Below, piece after piece: positions 61,779 to 64,000 of a DNA stretch of 64,000 nt. Within the stretch, counting starts at the first letter, position 1; each line of letters opens with the position of its first letter. This DNA comes from an uncultured cyanobacterium (GTDB taxonomy: Bacteria; Cyanobacteriota; Cyanobacteriia; PCC-9006; JAAUQQ01). Location of the stretch: assembly GCA_963718615.1 (NCBI GenBank), contig OY970368.1:1728001-1792000 (forward strand), in the 5' to 3' direction. The translations under genes were made by a program, and so were the position numbers. The notes beneath the pieces were generated by a model. It was not told the origin of the DNA and searched no databases. It saw nothing but the letters and a program-made list of their open reading frames with translations.

Positions 61779-63443
61779 ATGGGTTTGTGTATGTTTCCTC
61801 CTGCCTTGACCCTGGCGAAACGCGCTACGGGAATTTCGATTGCGATCGCGACCGTTCTCTTACCGAGCAGTCTCTCAACCCCTTCAGTCGCTGAAGCTCC
61901 CCTTAACCCGACGATGAAAGTCGGGATCATCCAACGGTTTGGCGCAGAGCCCCAGGACAAAATTGAGATCACAGCAGCACCGGGTGAAATGCTGTCTGTG
62001 CGGATGTTTTATGAAGGGAAGGATGAAACCATCCAAACCAACAAGCTCACCCTGGACACCCAGCCCCGGACCCTGCAGGCCCCCCAATTACAAGAACGTT
62101 TGGTCCTCAGCACCCATCGCAGTTTTGAGAGCGCCGAAGACAGTGCTAACCAATGGCGTGCCCGAGGGATCGAGGTGGAAATCGCCCATCCTGAGCGTTG
62201 GGAAGTCTGGGCCAACCGGGAGGTTTACGATACGCCGGTTATCCGCCGCATTTTCCTGGAGAACCTGAAGCAAGAAGGCTTTACTCTGCCCTATCTCGAC
62301 AGCAAAGTCCTGGAGGTTGTCCCGCAAGCGGGGGTTGTGGCCAATTATTTTCGCTATAACCGCAACGAGGTCGAGATTAGCGGAGGTCGGACGATCATCG
62401 TCAACAAAGTGCCCTTCCCCGGTAAACTACGGCTTCAGCCCAATGCCTACGGAACCTATACCCTCGTCAACAACGTCACGATTGAGGATTACCTGCGTGG
62501 CGTTGTTCCCCACGAGATTGGGGCTGACGCCCCTGCCGCTGCCGCTGAGGCCCAGACAGTCCTGGCGCGGACCTATGCCCTGCGCAATCTGCGGCGATTT
62601 ACCATCGATCACTACGAGCTTTGTGCCACGACCCAGTGCCAGGTATATTTTGGCTGGAAGGATACGGTGCCCGAGGCGGATCGGGCGATCGCCAACACCC
62701 GTGGCCTGGTCCTCACCTATAACAACGAGCTGATCGACGCAGTCTATTCCTCCACAACCGGCGGCGTCACCGCTGCCTTCACCGATGTTTGGAACGGTGC
62801 CCCCCGCCCTTACCTCCAGCCCGTGGTGGATTCCGTGGCGGGCACCTGGAACCTGGGGCAAAAAAGCCTCGACAATGAGCAGAATTTTCGCGAGTTCATT
62901 AATACAAAGCAGGGGTTTAACGAAGTCGGTTGGTACTATTTTCGCTGGAGCAATGAGGCAAATCTCAAGAAACTCAACCTGGATCTGAAAAAATATTTAG
63001 AAAGCAAGCAGCATCCCCTGGCGCAGTTTCAAACGATTCAATCCATGCAGGTCACCGCTCGGGCCAAGGGAGGCCGAATTCAAAAGCTGCAAGTCGTGAC
63101 CGATCAGGGGGAAATCATCCTTGAAAAAGACGAGGTCATCCGTGCCTTCGAGGCCCCCAATAGCTTGCTTTGCTATCTCGATCCCCTTTACGAAACCAAT
63201 CCGAAAACTAACCAGAAAACCCTGAAGGGCTATCGCTTTACCGGCGGCGGCCTCGGCCATGGTGTCGGTCTCAGCCAGACGGGCTCCTACAAACTGGCGC
63301 AATTGGGCTGGGATAAGAGCCGGATTTTGAATTTTTACTATCCCAACACCCAGCTCCTCCCGCTTCAGCCCTCGATTACCTATTGGCGGGAGCCCCATGC
63401 AGCGCTCAAGGAGGCGGCCAATCCAACCCCGATCACCCCTTAA
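61779..63443 (+). CDS. SpoIID/LytB domain protein
   Basis: EDYLRGVVPHE, AQTVLARTYA, CATTQCQVY, YSSTTGG, GHGVGLSQ.G. Confidence 0.92.
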   Translation: MGLCMFPPALTLAKRATGISIAIATVLLPSSLSTPSVAEAPLNPTMKVGIIQRFGAEPQDKIEITAAPGEMLSVRMFYEGKDETIQTNKLTLDTQPRTLQAPQLQERLVLSTHRSFESAEDSANQWRARGIEVEIAHPERWEVWANREVYDTPVIRRIFLENLKQEGFTLPYLDSKVLEVVPQAGVVANYFRYNRNEVEISGGRTIIVNKVPFPGKLRLQPNAYGTYTLVNNVTIEDYLRGVVPHEIGADAPAAAAEAQTVLARTYALRNLRRFTIDHYELCATTQCQVYFGWKDTVPEADRAIANTRGLVLTYNNELIDAVYSSTTGGVTAAFTDVWNGAPRPYLQPVVDSVAGTWNLGQKSLDNEQNFREFINTKQGFNEVGWYYFRWSNEANLKKLNLDLKKYLESKQHPLAQFQTIQSMQVTARAKGGRIQKLQVVTDQGEIILEKDEVIRAFEAPNSLLCYLDPLYETNPKTNQKTLKGYRFTGGGLGHGVGLSQTGSYKLAQLGWDKSRILNFYYPNTQLLPLQPSITYWREPHAALKEAANPTPITP

Positions 63444-63516
63444 ACCCTGCTCGGAAGTCTGCTTGGCGAAAAACAGATCCCAAAACCGGCATTTGTTGAC
63501 TTATCCTCTAAGGACT

Positions 63517-64000
63517 TCATTCAAGCACAGCGATCGCCGCTGCCCGCTGTCCCTCATCTACCTCAATATAGCGAGTCAGGGAAGAGAGAGAACGGTGACC
63601 CGTGATGGAGCGGATCACCGGCACGCTCAATCCAGCGCGAGACATTTCGGTGATGCTTCCCCGGCGGGTTGAGTGAGTTGAGTAGCCCCGGTTATGTAAA
63701 TCGACCCGCTTGAGGGCGCGGCGCAATGCCCGATCGGCGGCGCGAAGCGTCAGGGGTTGACCCGGTGAAACTAGCGAGGGAAACAGCCATCCTTCCTTAA
63801 TAACGGAAATCCCGATTTTTCGATAACAAGACTCTAGCGCCGGTCGATAGACTTTCAACTCTTGAGCAAGGGCGCGGGACACGGGAACGTCACGGGTTGC
63901 TCTGTCTTTACGGATGTTGGCAGGAATGGTGATAGAGCGGCGCGGCTTGCCCTCGGAGTCATAGCAATCGCCCACACGGAGCTGAAGCAGCGCGCCCCAT
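63517..64000 (-). CDS. Tyrosine recombinase/integrase, 5' part beyond the window
   Basis: Frame stays open to the edge (WGALLQLRVGD); HSTRR, GH and RY catalytic residues. Confidence 0.88.
   Translation of the reverse strand, partial: WGALLQLRVGDCYDSEGKPRRSITIPANIRKDRATRDVPVSRALAQELKVYRPALESCYRKIGISVIKEGWLFPSLVSPGQPLTLRAADRALRRALKRVDLHNRGYSTHSTRRGSITEMSRAGLSVPVIRSITGHRSLSSLTRYIEVDEGQRAAAIAVLE

Larger units (their letters stand above)
5061..63537. repeat. HIP1 octamer GCGATCGC, often extended to GGCGATCGCC, dispersed throughout
   Basis: Very frequent (e.g. 5061, 5479, 6286, 63530); none seen in 1-5060. Confidence 0.9.

Noticed and set aside
1-64000. tRNA, rRNA, tmRNA or known riboswitches
   Set aside because: No T-loop/cloverleaf or other recognisable RNA family signature found by eye; an Infernal scan would be needed to exclude them.

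Overview
Cyanobacterial chromosomal DNA, indicated by dense HIP1 GCGATCGC octamers, chlI, chlM, cyAbrB, glgA and an NtcA-type site upstream of amt. About 55 genes, mostly housekeeping (proS, chlI, scpB, tlyA, pyrR, cbiB/cobD, DAHP synthase, amt, purE, nagA, chlM, rnhA, ispH, glgA). Accessory elements: (i) an AT-rich, HIP1-free left end (1 to ~4.7 kb) forming the C-terminal part of a mosaic haemagglutinin(TPS)-Ig-CHAT protease gene plus a convergent secreted partner; (ii) an HSDR_N-like nuclease gene flanked by a ~134-bp duplication of the mscS 3' end; (iii) a MITE/REP-like element upstream of an mmsA + Fe-ADH pair; (iv) a sigma-70-like + DUF1822 pair; (v) an Rpn nuclease; (vi) a translationally coupled PD-(D/E)XK + PIN-like pair; (vii) a tyrosine recombinase cut by the right edge. 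About 20 unrelated short tandem micro-duplications (9-18 bp units) cluster at gene ends. No rRNA, tRNA or CRISPR array was seen. All family calls come from motif recognition by eye; no database searches were run.
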